Made by a program: the position numbers and the translations under genes. Positions 27,627-36,764 of a stretch of DNA of 57,654 bases are shown here, piece by piece. Under the pieces are notes generated by a model. It did no database searches. It saw nothing but the letters and a program-made list of their open reading frames with translations, and had not been told where the DNA came from. Origin of the DNA: a virus (taxonomy: Duplodnaviria; Caudoviricetes); IMG/VR virus record IMGVR_UViG_3300035661_000074, positions 1 to 57,654 of that record; one strand, given 5' to 3'. The number at the start of each line of letters is the position of its first letter. Within the stretch, counting starts at the first letter, position 1.

Positions 27627-27860
27627 TCAATTGTGATTGGTGGCCCACCACGACGTATCTGAATCGATAGCCGTGAGCTGCTCGTGCACTGTGTCCAGCA
27701 TGTAGTCAGGGTATTGCTCAAGCACGGGAACAGTGATGAAGCGACCCGACGGGGTCTTCCAGAAGCCATGACTGGCGGTCGCGTGATCTGTTTTCTCTAG
27801 CTTCCATCGGGCCTTGATGTCGGCTTCAAACTCGTCCCGAGAATAAAGCCGCATCGCCAT
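27627..27860 (-). CDS. hicA: HicA-like toxin (putative mRNA interferase)
   Basis: 77 aa; ASHGFWKTPSGRFITVP resembles the HicA GSH..x..G..vtVP motif; adjacent to a HicB-like gene. Confidence 0.5.
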   Translation of the reverse strand: MAMRLYSRDEFEADIKARWKLEKTDHATASHGFWKTPSGRFITVPVLEQYPDYMLDTVHEQLTAIDSDTSWWATNHN

Positions 27861-27866
27861 CGATGA

Positions 27867-28136
27867 TTACGCCGCCTTCGGTATGGCAGCCCAGGTGCGG
27901 GCAGAAGCATTCGGGTTGGGTCGCGCCGGCGGATTGTCCAGTAGCAAGCGAACCTCAACATCCATCGAGTAATTCAACTCGAAGAGCTTCTTGATGACGT
28001 CCGGCAGCTCGTTGCGCAGCGCAGGCAGGTCTTGCCCAGCCAGGAACAAGCCCGGAAGATTGTCGCTAGTAAGTGACCAAAAACCGCCTTCCTGCAGCTT
28101 TTCGTCGATCCGAATGCTGTATGAAATGCTACCCAT
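27867..28136 (-). CDS. hicB: HicB-like / DUF1902-like antitoxin
   Basis: GGFWSLTSDNLPGLFLAGQDL..LRNELPDVI matches the HicB N-terminal partial RNase H fold pattern. Confidence 0.6.
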   Translation of the reverse strand: MGSISYSIRIDEKLQEGGFWSLTSDNLPGLFLAGQDLPALRNELPDVIKKLFELNYSMDVEVRLLLDNPPARPNPNASARTWAAIPKAA

Positions 28137-28629
28137 GTCCGAGCCCTCTCTTTCTGTCTCTCCCGAGCGTTATCGGCCTTCGCGGCCAACTCCCCACTTC
28201 GTCTGCATTTTAGGCACGTAAAACCGCCTTGGTATAGCGGGCGCCGCACACTTTCACGGTTTCGGCGGCTCTCGATGGTCGGCTTCGACCACCGTTTTCC
28301 CATCCACCTTCAAGCTGATATAGCCCTTCAGTCGTTCGGCCAGACGATCCAACACCCCACCGTTCTCTGACAATTTCTCGACGAATTCGTCCGCAGAGAG
28401 ATTGCCTACCAACGCCTCTTCATCCCCATCACTGACGGCAAATTTGCCGGTTTGCGCCGGCTCGAAACTGGCCTCAAGGCGATTATGCCGGCACGATAAG
28501 GAAATGCGCGCCGGGGTGGCGCGCGAGCTCAGTCAGTGAACGGCGATTACTTAAATCCCTTCCAAGCAATCCGCAGTAGCCAGTAGGTCAGATAGACGAT
28601 ACACGCGAAGGTGAGCGCTTCTCCCCAGC

Positions 28630-28860
28630 TCACGGCACGCAATCGAACGCCACGTCAGCCCGGTCCTTCATGTTGAGGCGGGCATGCAACCCTTGGTTCT
28701 GACACTCGCCCTCGGCGACCTGAAGCGAGGCCGCTGGCGATGAGAAGGCCGTATTCAGCACCACCGTACGCGGGCCCGATGCAGTGATGCGCGGCGCGCA
28801 GCCCGTGAGGCTGGCGACGAGGACAATGGCGAGTTTTGGGTCAGTTGTCATCGCGATCAC
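28630..28860 (-). CDS. Small lipoprotein
   Basis: Hydrophobic stretch ending in an LTGC lipobox; two further Cys. Confidence 0.6.
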   Translation of the reverse strand: MIAMTTDPKLAIVLVASLTGCAPRITASGPRTVVLNTAFSSPAASLQVAEGECQNQGLHARLNMKDRADVAFDCVP

Positions 28861-28935
28861 TCCAAAACATACAGCACAGCGCCAGCACCATGCAGCCGGC
28901 GAGTAGGCCCAAGAGGCCGGGGGTAAGGGCTTCAG

Positions 28936-29358
28936 TCATGGCCGCTCCAAAATCAACTTACCGCTTTGGGTCATTCCGCATCGCTTCCACCCTGCTGCGA
29001 TGAAGCAAAATCCAGGGTTCTTTGAGGCGACCTTTTCGCTATCGACGTAGGTGTAATGCCGGCGATCAGTCCAGACCTCATCAGCGATTGCATCCGCTTG
29101 GCGAATGAGCAGTGACGATAAGTGCTCGCTCTCGTTTCTAAAGATTGCGCAGTTGATCCCGCGCTGTCCGCTGTCATCGATGAATCTCCTCCACACAAAG
29201 CAGGCATCGCCTCGCTCGGTTCTGAGCACAAGTTTATCGCCCGGCCCGACAAACAGTTTTCGCGTTCTTCCGTCCGCATACTCATATCGCGAGTAGTGCC
29301 GCTCATGCAGCGCCATGCAGGCAAGGTCTCCATCCTTCGTTACCCACCAGAGCGGCAC
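28936..29358 (-). CDS. Mom/XF1762-like GNAT-fold protein (putative DNA modification)
   Basis: ERHYSR...SSLLIRQA...HYTYVD...NPGFCFIAAGWK resembles the Mom-like ..tY.D...G..Y.A.GW motif. Confidence 0.5.
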   Translation of the reverse strand: MPLWWVTKDGDLACMALHERHYSRYEYADGRTRKLFVGPGDKLVLRTERGDACFVWRRFIDDSGQRGINCAIFRNESEHLSSLLIRQADAIADEVWTDRRHYTYVDSEKVASKNPGFCFIAAGWKRCGMTQSGKLILERP

Positions 29359-29963
29359 CTCCCCACCTCGCTATCGGTGAGGGTGGCTTTCCAGCATGTG
29401 CAACTCCACGCGCTGAATTGCCCTGCTGTGCTGCCGCTTCGATACGAATGCTGGCAGCCGACGCCATGCGGCGCCTTCTCAACAGCCCCCCGCAACCTCG
29501 CCAGCCGCGCCTCGGCCGATTCGCGGGCTTGCTTTTCAGCCATCTTTCCCTCAAAGATTGCTTCGCATCGCGCCCATGAATCGCGCGCGCTCTTTTCCCA
29601 CGTCACCGGCCATAGCGGGCCGCATCCATTCGGACATGATCCTGTCGTGCTGTTACCTGGGCCGGTGGTGCCGTTGCGAATATAGAGGCTCGTGCGAATC
29701 TCAGCGTAATTGCATTTGGCGCAGTACATTTCGCCGGGCGCTAACAGCTTTCTGTTTGCCTCAGCCACCTGCACGCGCAGGGCTTCTATCTCGCGTCGAT
29801 ACCAGCCGAGAACTTGGGCAATGTCTGCCTTGCTGTGCAGGTCGTCACGTGTCAATCGTTCAACCCAGTAGACGTAGTGGCCGCCATTGCGGTCTAGCTC
29901 GATGGGGTTTATCTCGCTGTGATGCGGGCATTCGTTCACTTTGGTTCTCCCATTGCTACACAC
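29340..29963 (-). CDS. Hypothetical protein with Cys motifs
   Basis: ORF in the early-left operon; LHSKADIA, CAKC and CPNGC motifs. Start uncertain. Confidence 0.55.
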   Translation of the reverse strand: MCSNGRTKVNECPHHSEINPIELDRNGGHYVYWVERLTRDDLHSKADIAQVLGWYRREIEALRVQVAEANRKLLAPGEMYCAKCNYAEIRTSLYIRNGTTGPGNSTTGSCPNGCGPLWPVTWEKSARDSWARCEAIFEGKMAEKQARESAEARLARLRGAVEKAPHGVGCQHSYRSGSTAGQFSAWSCTCWKATLTDSEVGRCRSGG

Positions 29964-30136
29964 ATGGCTGTTTCACAATGCTCCGTCCAGCGCTCGCCGC
30001 TCTTAATGCACGACGCGAAGAATGTGAGACATGTGCGCGCCGCTTGCAGTTCGTCTTTGGCGGTTTCGAGGGCTTGGGTGAGTTCGCACAAGTCGCAGGT
30101 GCGGCGCAGTTGGCCGTGGGTGCATTGGGGGGTCAT
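29936..30136 (-). CDS. Hypothetical protein
   Basis: 66 aa; CTHGQLRRTCDLCE and FFASCIKSGERW motifs common in phage early regions. Confidence 0.6.
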   Translation of the reverse strand: MTPQCTHGQLRRTCDLCELTQALETAKDELQAARTCLTFFASCIKSGERWTEHCETAMCVAMGEPK

Positions 30137-30145
30137 TGGCAGTCC

Positions 30146-30892
30146 TTAGTTGCAGTCAAGTAATTCAAAGGCACGCTGTATGCCCGCAGACCCACACCAC
30201 CGAGACGCCTTCGCGTGGCTTTCGATTCTGTCCATGATAACCGCGGCGCGGACTTCGATAGACTTGGGGGCATAAGGGTGAGACCACTTGGTATCCATGC
30301 CAATGTTTCGCGCGACGTTGGTGCTGTCGGCTGACGCCAGCGGCAAGTGAGCAAGGATGGTCGGGTCGAGCATCCGCAGGCCATGCAGCTTGGTGACGGG
30401 CTGGCCGTCGATGCAGACGCATTCCATCGCTTCCGATATGCGGTTCCACCACTTCTCGCCTTCGGGTTCTGCGAATTCACCGCTAGAGCCGAGCGCCACG
30501 ATGGGGTAGGCATTGGCGAGCAATTCGAGTCGGTCGAGCGATTCGTGTAGATGCCACACCGGCACGCCGAAGCCGGGGAACGGCCATTCGTCTAGCAGCG
30601 CATTGTTCTCGGCTTCGTCGCCGTCAATGACGTCGGGAATGCACGCCCACACTACGGATGGATGACGGCGCCAATGGTCAACCCATGCGTAATACTCGAA
30701 CCAGTCGGTGACGGGCTTGCCTGTTTTCCATGCGCTGAAAGCGCCGTTGTCCAGCACGACAGACCGGCATACTTCCGCTGCGATTTCGAGCTGCTCTGGA
30801 GCGTAGAAGGAGACCATCGCATCGCGGCCAGCGAGTATCTTTGCGGCCTTGAATGCTGGGCCGCTCATTGGTGTGCCGTGATAGCAAATCAT
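30146..30892 (-). CDS. TGT/DpdA-like TIM-barrel protein (putative base-exchange DNA modification)
   Basis: YHGTP, VLDNGAFSAW, IPDVIDG, VPVWH, LHGLRM and ASADST motifs; RBS before the ATG at 30892. Confidence 0.6.
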   Translation of the reverse strand: MICYHGTPMSGPAFKAAKILAGRDAMVSFYAPEQLEIAAEVCRSVVLDNGAFSAWKTGKPVTDWFEYYAWVDHWRRHPSVVWACIPDVIDGDEAENNALLDEWPFPGFGVPVWHLHESLDRLELLANAYPIVALGSSGEFAEPEGEKWWNRISEAMECVCIDGQPVTKLHGLRMLDPTILAHLPLASADSTNVARNIGMDTKWSHPYAPKSIEVRAAVIMDRIESHAKASRWCGSAGIQRAFELLDCN

Positions 30893-31275
30893 CCTAATTT
30901 CTCCACGAATGATCGTCGTCTTTGTATGGAGCAATAATTTTGTAGACCACCCACAAAAGTACAATCGCACATTGCCATGAATGCCTTGGCGTTCGGGTAG
31001 GTAGGCTCCACCACGAGGCGCTCGCCTTCCATCGGCATCGGAATGCCGGACCAGTCGCCACGCTCGCGGCCAATATCGCGTAGTGCGTGTCGAAGACCCG
31101 TCATAGGGTCGAGCGATTCAAGTAGCTTGCGCTTATCCTCCTGCGCTTCGAGCCACTGCGAAAACCTTGCTGGACTCTGCGGGGAGCGCGCGACCAGGCG
31201 GCCTGCCGCGCTTGCGCTTCGGCGCTGCTTCGACTGGCGTTTCTTGTCGCGCTTGAGTTTCGATTTCATCGACAT
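30889..31275 (-). CDS. Hypothetical protein, possibly truncated remnant
   Basis: Protein-like core WSGIPMPMEGERLVVEPTYP runs into an AT-rich junction; overlaps the next gene. Confidence 0.3.
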   Translation of the reverse strand: MSMKSKLKRDKKRQSKQRRSASAAGRLVARSPQSPARFSQWLEAQEDKRKLLESLDPMTGLRHALRDIGRERGDWSGIPMPMEGERLVVEPTYPNAKAFMAMCDCTFVGGLQNYCSIQRRRSFVEKLG

Positions 31276-31465
31276 GCCCGGTCTCCGCGTCCGTCTGCTG
31301 GGCAATCAAGGGGTCAAAATCTGCGATGTAATACTCGCAGGTGTCTTCGTTGAACGATTGCACGCGCTCGAATCGCTTTTCGCCGTTTCGCTCGACCTCG
31401 ACGAGCAAGGCGTATCCCCGCCTCAGCACGCGGTCTTCTACTTTGAAAAGTGGTCCAGTGTTCAA
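31133..31465 (-). CDS. Hypothetical protein with AT-hook-like motif
   Basis: AAGGAG RBS, TTG start; PKRKRGRPP. Confidence 0.55.
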   Translation of the reverse strand: MNTGPLFKVEDRVLRRGYALLVEVERNGEKRFERVQSFNEDTCEYYIADFDPLIAQQTDAETGHVDEIETQARQETPVEAAPKRKRGRPPGRALPAESSKVFAVARSAGG

Positions 31466-31504
31466 TTCATTCTCCTTACATTGGCAGAGCCCGCGACAAT
31501 GAGG

Positions 31505-32269
31505 TTACGCAACGGCGCTCAGCACTTCCAAAACCCTGTCGCCACAAAAGCTGTGCTTGTCTTCGCACAGGTGGCACCAGCCCTGGAACATAAACACGCC
31601 TTGCTTGCACCAGCCATAGGGCGTGATGGTGCGTTCGGTGGTCTCGCCCTTGTCGTCCTTGTAGGTAAATGTCAGCGGCGCCCCGGTACGCACAAACTCG
31701 GGGAGCATTGCGAGGGTGGGTGGGAATTCATTGGTGAATTCGTATTCCGGCTTCCAGGGCTTGATGAAGCCCTCAATGCCGGAATTAAGCAGTAGGTATT
31801 TCGCACAAGCATCGGCGTCGCGCATAGCGCGATGGGGCTGGCCCCCGACTTTTATGCCGTGGAATTCGACGAGGGTATCGAGCTTGTTGTTCTTGGTGAG
31901 TTTCGCCGACTTCGCGATCTCGCAGGTATCGATGATCCTGAGTGGTGGTAATACGAGGCCGTCGTGCGCAGCGGCCCACGACACCACGCCAACATCATAG
32001 GGCGCGTTGTGGGCGCACAATAAGTCGGTCTCAGCCCACTTCAGAAAGTCCTGCAGAACCTCGCCTGCAGTGGGGGCATCCTTCACCATTTCATTGGTGA
32101 TGCCGTGGATCGCAATGACCTCTTTCGGGATCGGCATACCTGGGTTGATCAAGGACTCAAAACGCTTCACAACGCCTTCTGAATTGCAGAGGACGGCCGC
32201 AAATTCTACGGGCCGGGTTCCTGGCAATAATCCAGTTGTCTCTGTATCGATAACTATCGTGTCTTGCAT
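31505..32269 (-). CDS. DEDDh 3'-5' exonuclease (DnaQ-like) fused to a C-terminal WYL domain
   Basis: Exonuclease motifs IDTETTG, AHNAPYD and HRAMRDA. WYL-type pattern LTFTYKDDKGETTERTITPY...GWCHL...SF..DRV. Confidence 0.85.
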   Translation of the reverse strand: MQDTIVIDTETTGLLPGTRPVEFAAVLCNSEGVVKRFESLINPGMPIPKEVIAIHGITNEMVKDAPTAGEVLQDFLKWAETDLLCAHNAPYDVGVVSWAAAHDGLVLPPLRIIDTCEIAKSAKLTKNNKLDTLVEFHGIKVGGQPHRAMRDADACAKYLLLNSGIEGFIKPWKPEYEFTNEFPPTLAMLPEFVRTGAPLTFTYKDDKGETTERTITPYGWCKQGVFMFQGWCHLCEDKHSFCGDRVLEVLSAVA

Positions 32270-32321
32270 GGGGTGCTCCTGGCCCGCGCACCATTGCAGC
32301 GGGCCGTTGTGGGTGACCAGA

Positions 32322-32912
32322 TCAGAACGGGACGTCATCTCCCGGCATGCCGGAAATGTCGGCCGTGCTCCTATTCGTGGTTGTCTCGACTTTCACCAAT
32401 CGACCGCTGATCTTTTTCTGAACCCACTCTGGGAGTTTTGCGAAGCTCGCGCGATCATTGGTTTGAAGGTCGTAGCAGACGATGTCATTAGTGTGTGGCG
32501 GCACATTGATTCCATCGAGAAGTTTGGTGACCGACATGACGTTCTCATAGGTCTTATCGCCGGTCGTCGAGTGCTCGATGGTGAGCTGACAAGGCCGCCC
32601 CAACACTTTGGTAATGTCGGTGGTCTTTTTTTCTTCGTCGGTGTAGCGACGTCCCCGCCAAGATTCGAGGTCCTTGCAAAGGATGGCGCCCTCAAAAAGG
32701 CTGAGCGTGTAAATCTTCCTCACGCTGTACGGACGACCGTCCTTCATGCGCGCGTTGGGGAGCTCCCACCACAACACCACTTGATGCTTGGGCTCGCCAC
32801 GCTTGTTCGGCTGTAGGCCGACTTCCGCGAACATGTAGCAGATCGCCACATGAGCACCCTCCGGTGCTAGTTCGAATTCCGTCCTCGTGTTTTCCGGTGC
32901 ATAAACTGCCAT
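32322..32912 (-). CDS. Phage SSB-like / NGO0469-family replication protein
   Basis: PEGAHVAICY..G.Q..WEL..YTLSL..A.L.KDLESWRG..LG.PCQL; acidic DDVPF tail. Confidence 0.7.
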   Translation of the reverse strand: MAVYAPENTRTEFELAPEGAHVAICYMFAEVGLQPNKRGEPKHQVVLWWELPNARMKDGRPYSVRKIYTLSLFEGAILCKDLESWRGRRYTDEEKKTTDITKVLGRPCQLTIEHSTTGDKTYENVMSVTKLLDGINVPPHTNDIVCYDLQTNDRASFAKLPEWVQKKISGRLVKVETTTNRSTADISGMPGDDVPF

Positions 32913-33016
32913 AACTGCGATCTCCTGATTTTCCTGTGTTACCTGGGATGTCATCTGGCTCGCGGGCAATCGCCCTTTGCCAGTCGTTGAAATACTCTCG
33001 GCTCGCGGCGCTCACG

Positions 33017-34078
33017 CTAGTAATCCAGCCGTATGTGGCGAACCCGCCCCGAGAACAGGGCGCCAATCACCATCTTCCCGGTCGCCTCACTGACGCCGGC
33101 AAACTGAATGAGATCCGCGAGGACTTCGTTGTTCACGGTCCTGCGATGTTCTAAATCAGCTTCGCGACGCTGCTGTTCAAGGCGCGCGTCCGCTTCCGCC
33201 TTTTCGTGTTCCAGTCGAATCCGTTCTTCGGTGTCGCGCGCGGCCTTGGAGGTCCGCTCTTCGGCTTCCCGCTGCGCCTTGGCCGCGTTCTCAATGGCGG
33301 CGCGGGTTTCGGCCTCGGCCCGCTCGGCGCGCGCCCGCTCGGCCTTCTCGCGGGACTCGGCGGCTTCGCGCTCCCGCAGGGCTTGCGCTTCTGCCTCGGC
33401 ACGCGCCTTGTCAGCAGCCTCCTGGGCGATACGGGCTTCGTGGTCGCGCTTGTCACGCTCAGCCTTTTCTGCTCGCAAGGCGGCGAGCTCGGCTTCTTCG
33501 GCTTCGCGCTTGATGGCGCCTTCGTAGGCGGCCTGCAAAAGTGCAGTGCGTTCGGCGTGCAAAGTGGCCGCTTCGGCTTGAAATTCTTCCAGCGATTCAT
33601 CGACGACCACAGCGGCCAAATGTTTCTGCATGGCCGCTATATCAGCACTATTCATAAGCGCGTCCGCTACCAAAACCTCGATGAACTCAATGACCTTCTG
33701 ATGACTGTCAATCCGCTCGGCTTCGCGCGCTTCGGCTTCTTTGATAGGGGCTTCGACGATTTCTATAATCTCGTCGAGCTTGCCGTCGAGTTCGTTGTAT
33801 TGACTATCAATCCGCCGGATGACATCCAAATAATCAACTTTCGCCTTGTCGTGTGCGTCCTTCATCGGCTTGCGAGACTTGCGCAGCTTGAAGGCGTAGG
33901 ACTTCGCGGTCTTCAAGCCCTCTTTGCTTGTGTAATCGAACACCTCTTTCAAGGTCTTCTGTTTGAGCACAGAAAGCTCTGTATAGAAGGGCCGGTAGAC
34001 ATCCAGTGCGTTTCCCGGCGGCAGCCATTCACCTTCGATAGCAACTTCTTCAATCACGGTTTCTTCAACGGTTGACAT
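33017..34078 (-). CDS. Coiled-coil hypothetical phage protein
   Basis: AAGGAG RBS; Glu/Ala/Arg-rich coiled coil; C-terminal RHIRLDY. Confidence 0.75.
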   Translation of the reverse strand: MSTVEETVIEEVAIEGEWLPPGNALDVYRPFYTELSVLKQKTLKEVFDYTSKEGLKTAKSYAFKLRKSRKPMKDAHDKAKVDYLDVIRRIDSQYNELDGKLDEIIEIVEAPIKEAEAREAERIDSHQKVIEFIEVLVADALMNSADIAAMQKHLAAVVVDESLEEFQAEAATLHAERTALLQAAYEGAIKREAEEAELAALRAEKAERDKRDHEARIAQEAADKARAEAEAQALREREAAESREKAERARAERAEAETRAAIENAAKAQREAEERTSKAARDTEERIRLEHEKAEADARLEQQRREADLEHRRTVNNEVLADLIQFAGVSEATGKMVIGALFSGRVRHIRLDY

Positions 34079-34247
34079 GTGGGGTCTCCTTCTTCCATGC
34101 GGCGAGTGAGTGCCGCGCGAGCTGGCCGATGCTGCGATTCATGTGCTCGGCATCGGTCGTGCCGTCGGCGCAAGCGATGGCAACACCGGCTTCTAGGCAT
34201 CGCGTGACGCGACGGTCGAGAACTTTGAATGCGGCGGCGAGGTTCAT
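34065..34247 (-). CDS. Hypothetical protein
   Basis: ATGA overlap with the upstream gene. Confidence 0.5.
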   Translation of the reverse strand: MNLAAAFKVLDRRVTRCLEAGVAIACADGTTDAEHMNRSIGQLARHSLAAWKKETPHVNR

Positions 34248-34618
34248 GCGGCGGCCTGCTTCATCAGTTCGACGACGCGCGCGCATTCCGCGGAAGTCAT
34301 CCAGCTAATGTGTGCGTGCCCCGGCCTATAGCCCAAGGAATCGGCGAGCCAGTCGTAGGCCGCGCGGCGCGACATATGGCCGGACTTCCACAGCGGATCG
34401 AATATCGAATGCGCGCGCTTCCGCCATTCGCGGGTCTCGGCATTGGCGATCGTCCCTAGCGGCTTGTGGTCTTTGCTGTTCTTGTGACAGCCGACAAACG
34501 CATCGCAGGGCGCGCACTGCCAGAAACGCAAGGAATATAGGTCGGGGCGATGTGGGTACATCGTTTCGCCAGTTACGAGGGCGGCGGGTTGCGCGCAGTA
34601 GGGGCAGACAACCATCAC
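34244..34618 (-). CDS. DUF3268-like zinc-finger protein
   Basis: CPYC..YPHRPDL..C..CDAFVGCH..PLGTIAN..R..AH..FDPLW..AY.WLA..HI. Confidence 0.8.
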   Translation of the reverse strand: MMVVCPYCAQPAALVTGETMYPHRPDLYSLRFWQCAPCDAFVGCHKNSKDHKPLGTIANAETREWRKRAHSIFDPLWKSGHMSRRAAYDWLADSLGYRPGHAHISWMTSAECARVVELMKQAAA

Positions 34619-35034
34619 GCATTCTCAAAATAAGCCGACAACTCAGCCCGCAGGCCGTCGTCGTCAATATCCAGGTGCCGACCGAGTGGCGCATCCGGGT
34701 TGTGCGTGATCGCGATCTCGCGCTGGCCATCGACCCTGACGAGTAGGCAATCAGTCGTGAACGCGCGCGCGTCGGCGCCGACATGCAGGCGTGTCATGTG
34801 GAATTCGAGGCCCGCTGGCAAGCCGCAGTCGGGCTCAGCCATGCGGTGGTCAGCGAGGATTTCGATGACGCCCGCAAACACGGAATCGTGATATTCGTCG
34901 GAGACGGTGCAGGGGATGGCCTCGACGATGTCGTGGCGACGATGGCTCGAACAATGCGAGAAGCCGTGGTCACCAGGCCCGAAGGACTGGCCGCATTGCG
35001 AACAGAACACTTCAAGAAAGCGAGGGGCGTTCAT
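34615..35034 (-). CDS. Hypothetical protein
   Basis: N-terminal CSQCG..FGPGDHGFSHC..H motif; coupled start and stop. Confidence 0.6.
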   Translation of the reverse strand: MNAPRFLEVFCSQCGQSFGPGDHGFSHCSSHRRHDIVEAIPCTVSDEYHDSVFAGVIEILADHRMAEPDCGLPAGLEFHMTRLHVGADARAFTTDCLLVRVDGQREIAITHNPDAPLGRHLDIDDDGLRAELSAYFENA

Positions 35035-35222
35035 GATTGCGCTCCTTGCTTCTGCTCGCCGAAAATCTCGGCAAATGCCTCGTCGAGACGGCCCTTGATG
35101 CGTGTGCTGATGTTGGCGCCGTGCTTATCGCGGGTGTGATTAGCCAGCGCATTAAAGCCGGGCGGACCTTTGCCGAAGTCGATATGGCATTGCGTGCAGC
35201 GATGGGTCTGGCGTTTCTTCAC
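35031..35222 (-). CDS. Small C2H2 zinc-finger protein
   Basis: CTQC....F....ALANHTRDKH. Confidence 0.55.
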   Translation of the reverse strand: MKKRQTHRCTQCHIDFGKGPPGFNALANHTRDKHGANISTRIKGRLDEAFAEIFGEQKQGAQS

Positions 35223-35542
35223 GCTGATACCTCACTGTCACGCTGTTCTGTGATCTGCGTGAGGTCGGGCGGTGGGAGCCGGCGCAACAGGCTTTCGTGA
35301 ATGACTGCCTTCACGTATGTGGTGTCTGATTCGCACCACCAGTTGTCGTTGAATCCGAACTTCGCGGCGAATTGATTGGCCTGCAACGCGCAGTTGAAGC
35401 AGTGCTTGGCCTTTTCAAGCAGCAGTCCGTGCATTTCAGCAGGCGACACGGCCTCTATGACGCGCACGATTTCGCCCATGATCTGCACGTCGTCGGGTGA
35501 CAGCAGCGCCGCCAAGCAATTCGGTTCGATTCTCTCGCTCAC
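35219..35542 (-). CDS. Hypothetical protein
   Basis: GTG start overlapping the upstream stop; AGGAGGT RBS. Confidence 0.55.
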   Translation of the reverse strand: MSERIEPNCLAALLSPDDVQIMGEIVRVIEAVSPAEMHGLLLEKAKHCFNCALQANQFAAKFGFNDNWWCESDTTYVKAVIHESLLRRLPPPDLTQITEQRDSEVSA

Positions 35543-35745
35543 TTGCGACCTCCTGGGTGACTCAGAAAGACCAGCACCAGCGCGAGCACGACGATGACGA
35601 ACACCACCGTGCAAACGGCGCTGATGGCGGCGCTATCGTCGACTACGTCGGCGGGCGTTACTTCGATATGGGTTGGCGCGGTCTGGTGCGCGCTCGCGAA
35701 TGGCGCGCTCAGTTCGAATTTGTCGGTGTGGGCGGACTCGTTCAC
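35539..35745 (-). CDS. Small membrane protein
   Basis: C-terminal TM segment. Confidence 0.5.
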   Translation of the reverse strand: MNESAHTDKFELSAPFASAHQTAPTHIEVTPADVVDDSAAISAVCTVVFVIVVLALVLVFLSHPGGRK

Positions 35746-36083
35746 AGCTGTTCGCCTCGCGCTTTAGCCAGCGCTATGCAGGCCGCATCAATTTCGGTCA
35801 GCGGTGAAATCGTGGCGTGGTGGTAGCCAAGTGATTGGGCCATTTCGCAAGCCTGCTCAAGCAGGTTGGTCAGCGCCGCATACAAATCAGGCGCTGCGGC
35901 CATCAACATGCAGTCAGCCGCCACTTGCTCCTTGACCTTGGCACTTTGGAAGAGGGCATCACGCTGCGTGATGTACTCGCTGTGCGGGCCGCGCACGTAG
36001 AACCGGCCGGTCTCTGGTTTTCCGCGGCATTCCGTTCCGCGTGAGAACTTCCATGGGCCGGGGGTGAACCTGGTTTCGCTCAT
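35742..36083 (-). CDS. Hypothetical phage protein
   Basis: FTPGPW...LMAAAPDLYAAL...ALAKARGE motif common in phage early operons. Confidence 0.75.
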   Translation of the reverse strand: MSETRFTPGPWKFSRGTECRGKPETGRFYVRGPHSEYITQRDALFQSAKVKEQVAADCMLMAAAPDLYAALTNLLEQACEMAQSLGYHHATISPLTEIDAACIALAKARGEQL

Positions 36084-36265
36084 GACTGACGAGCCTCCAT
36101 CGAGCGCAAGGCACGCAGAAACCGCTGCATGCCGTCGGGCGCAGTGCGGTAATCGGTTCTTACGATGTTGAGATCGGCCAGCCGGCGATTGGCCGCGATC
36201 ACGCGCGCCTCGTAGTCGCTAATGGGCAGATGGATGGTGATGTCCGTCCGCAATAGGGTCGCCAT
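36080..36265 (-). CDS. Hypothetical protein
   Basis: 61 aa; GGAG RBS; coupled to the downstream gene. Confidence 0.45.
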   Translation of the reverse strand: MATLLRTDITIHLPISDYEARVIAANRRLADLNIVRTDYRTAPDGMQRFLRALRSMEARQS

Positions 36266-36455
36266 GTCAGCGCGCTCCCGGCAGCGCCATGAGGGCCAGC
36301 GCAGCGCCGACGATGACGGACAGCACAAAGATGCCGGTGGCCATGTCGAGCACGACACTCGGCTGTGCGGGTTTCGGGGCGAAGTCGTGGGTGAAGACGG
36401 TCACGACGGCGCTTTCCGTGATGGAATGGGCACCACGTAATCCAGCGAGGACATC

Positions 36456-36764
36456 GTGATGACCGATGACGAAATCTTGGCGCTGCTCACCGAGCTGACT
36501 GAGGCGCAGAGCGCGCTGATTGAGAGCGTGGCCGCCAAAGCCAGTGGGCAGATAACGGCAATGCAGGTCGCCATTCGTGCGCTTCAAAAGCAGCCTGGAT
36601 ATATCCATGACCAATTCCTCAGCGACCTAGCCAGCTACGCAGCGCTAGTGGGAGACAACCTCGGCCAAAACGCCGAACGACAGCGAGCATTCGACGATGT
36701 GCTGGAAGCGCTTTCCACGCCACCAGGTCATCTGCCGCGCGTTTGGCTTCCGCCTCGCGAATAG
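36456..36764 (+). CDS. Hypothetical helical protein, antisense to the early-left operon
   Basis: GAGGA RBS; amphipathic helical sequence. Confidence 0.55.
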   Translation: MMTDDEILALLTELTEAQSALIESVAAKASGQITAMQVAIRALQKQPGYIHDQFLSDLASYAALVGDNLGQNAERQRAFDDVLEALSTPPGHLPRVWLPPRE

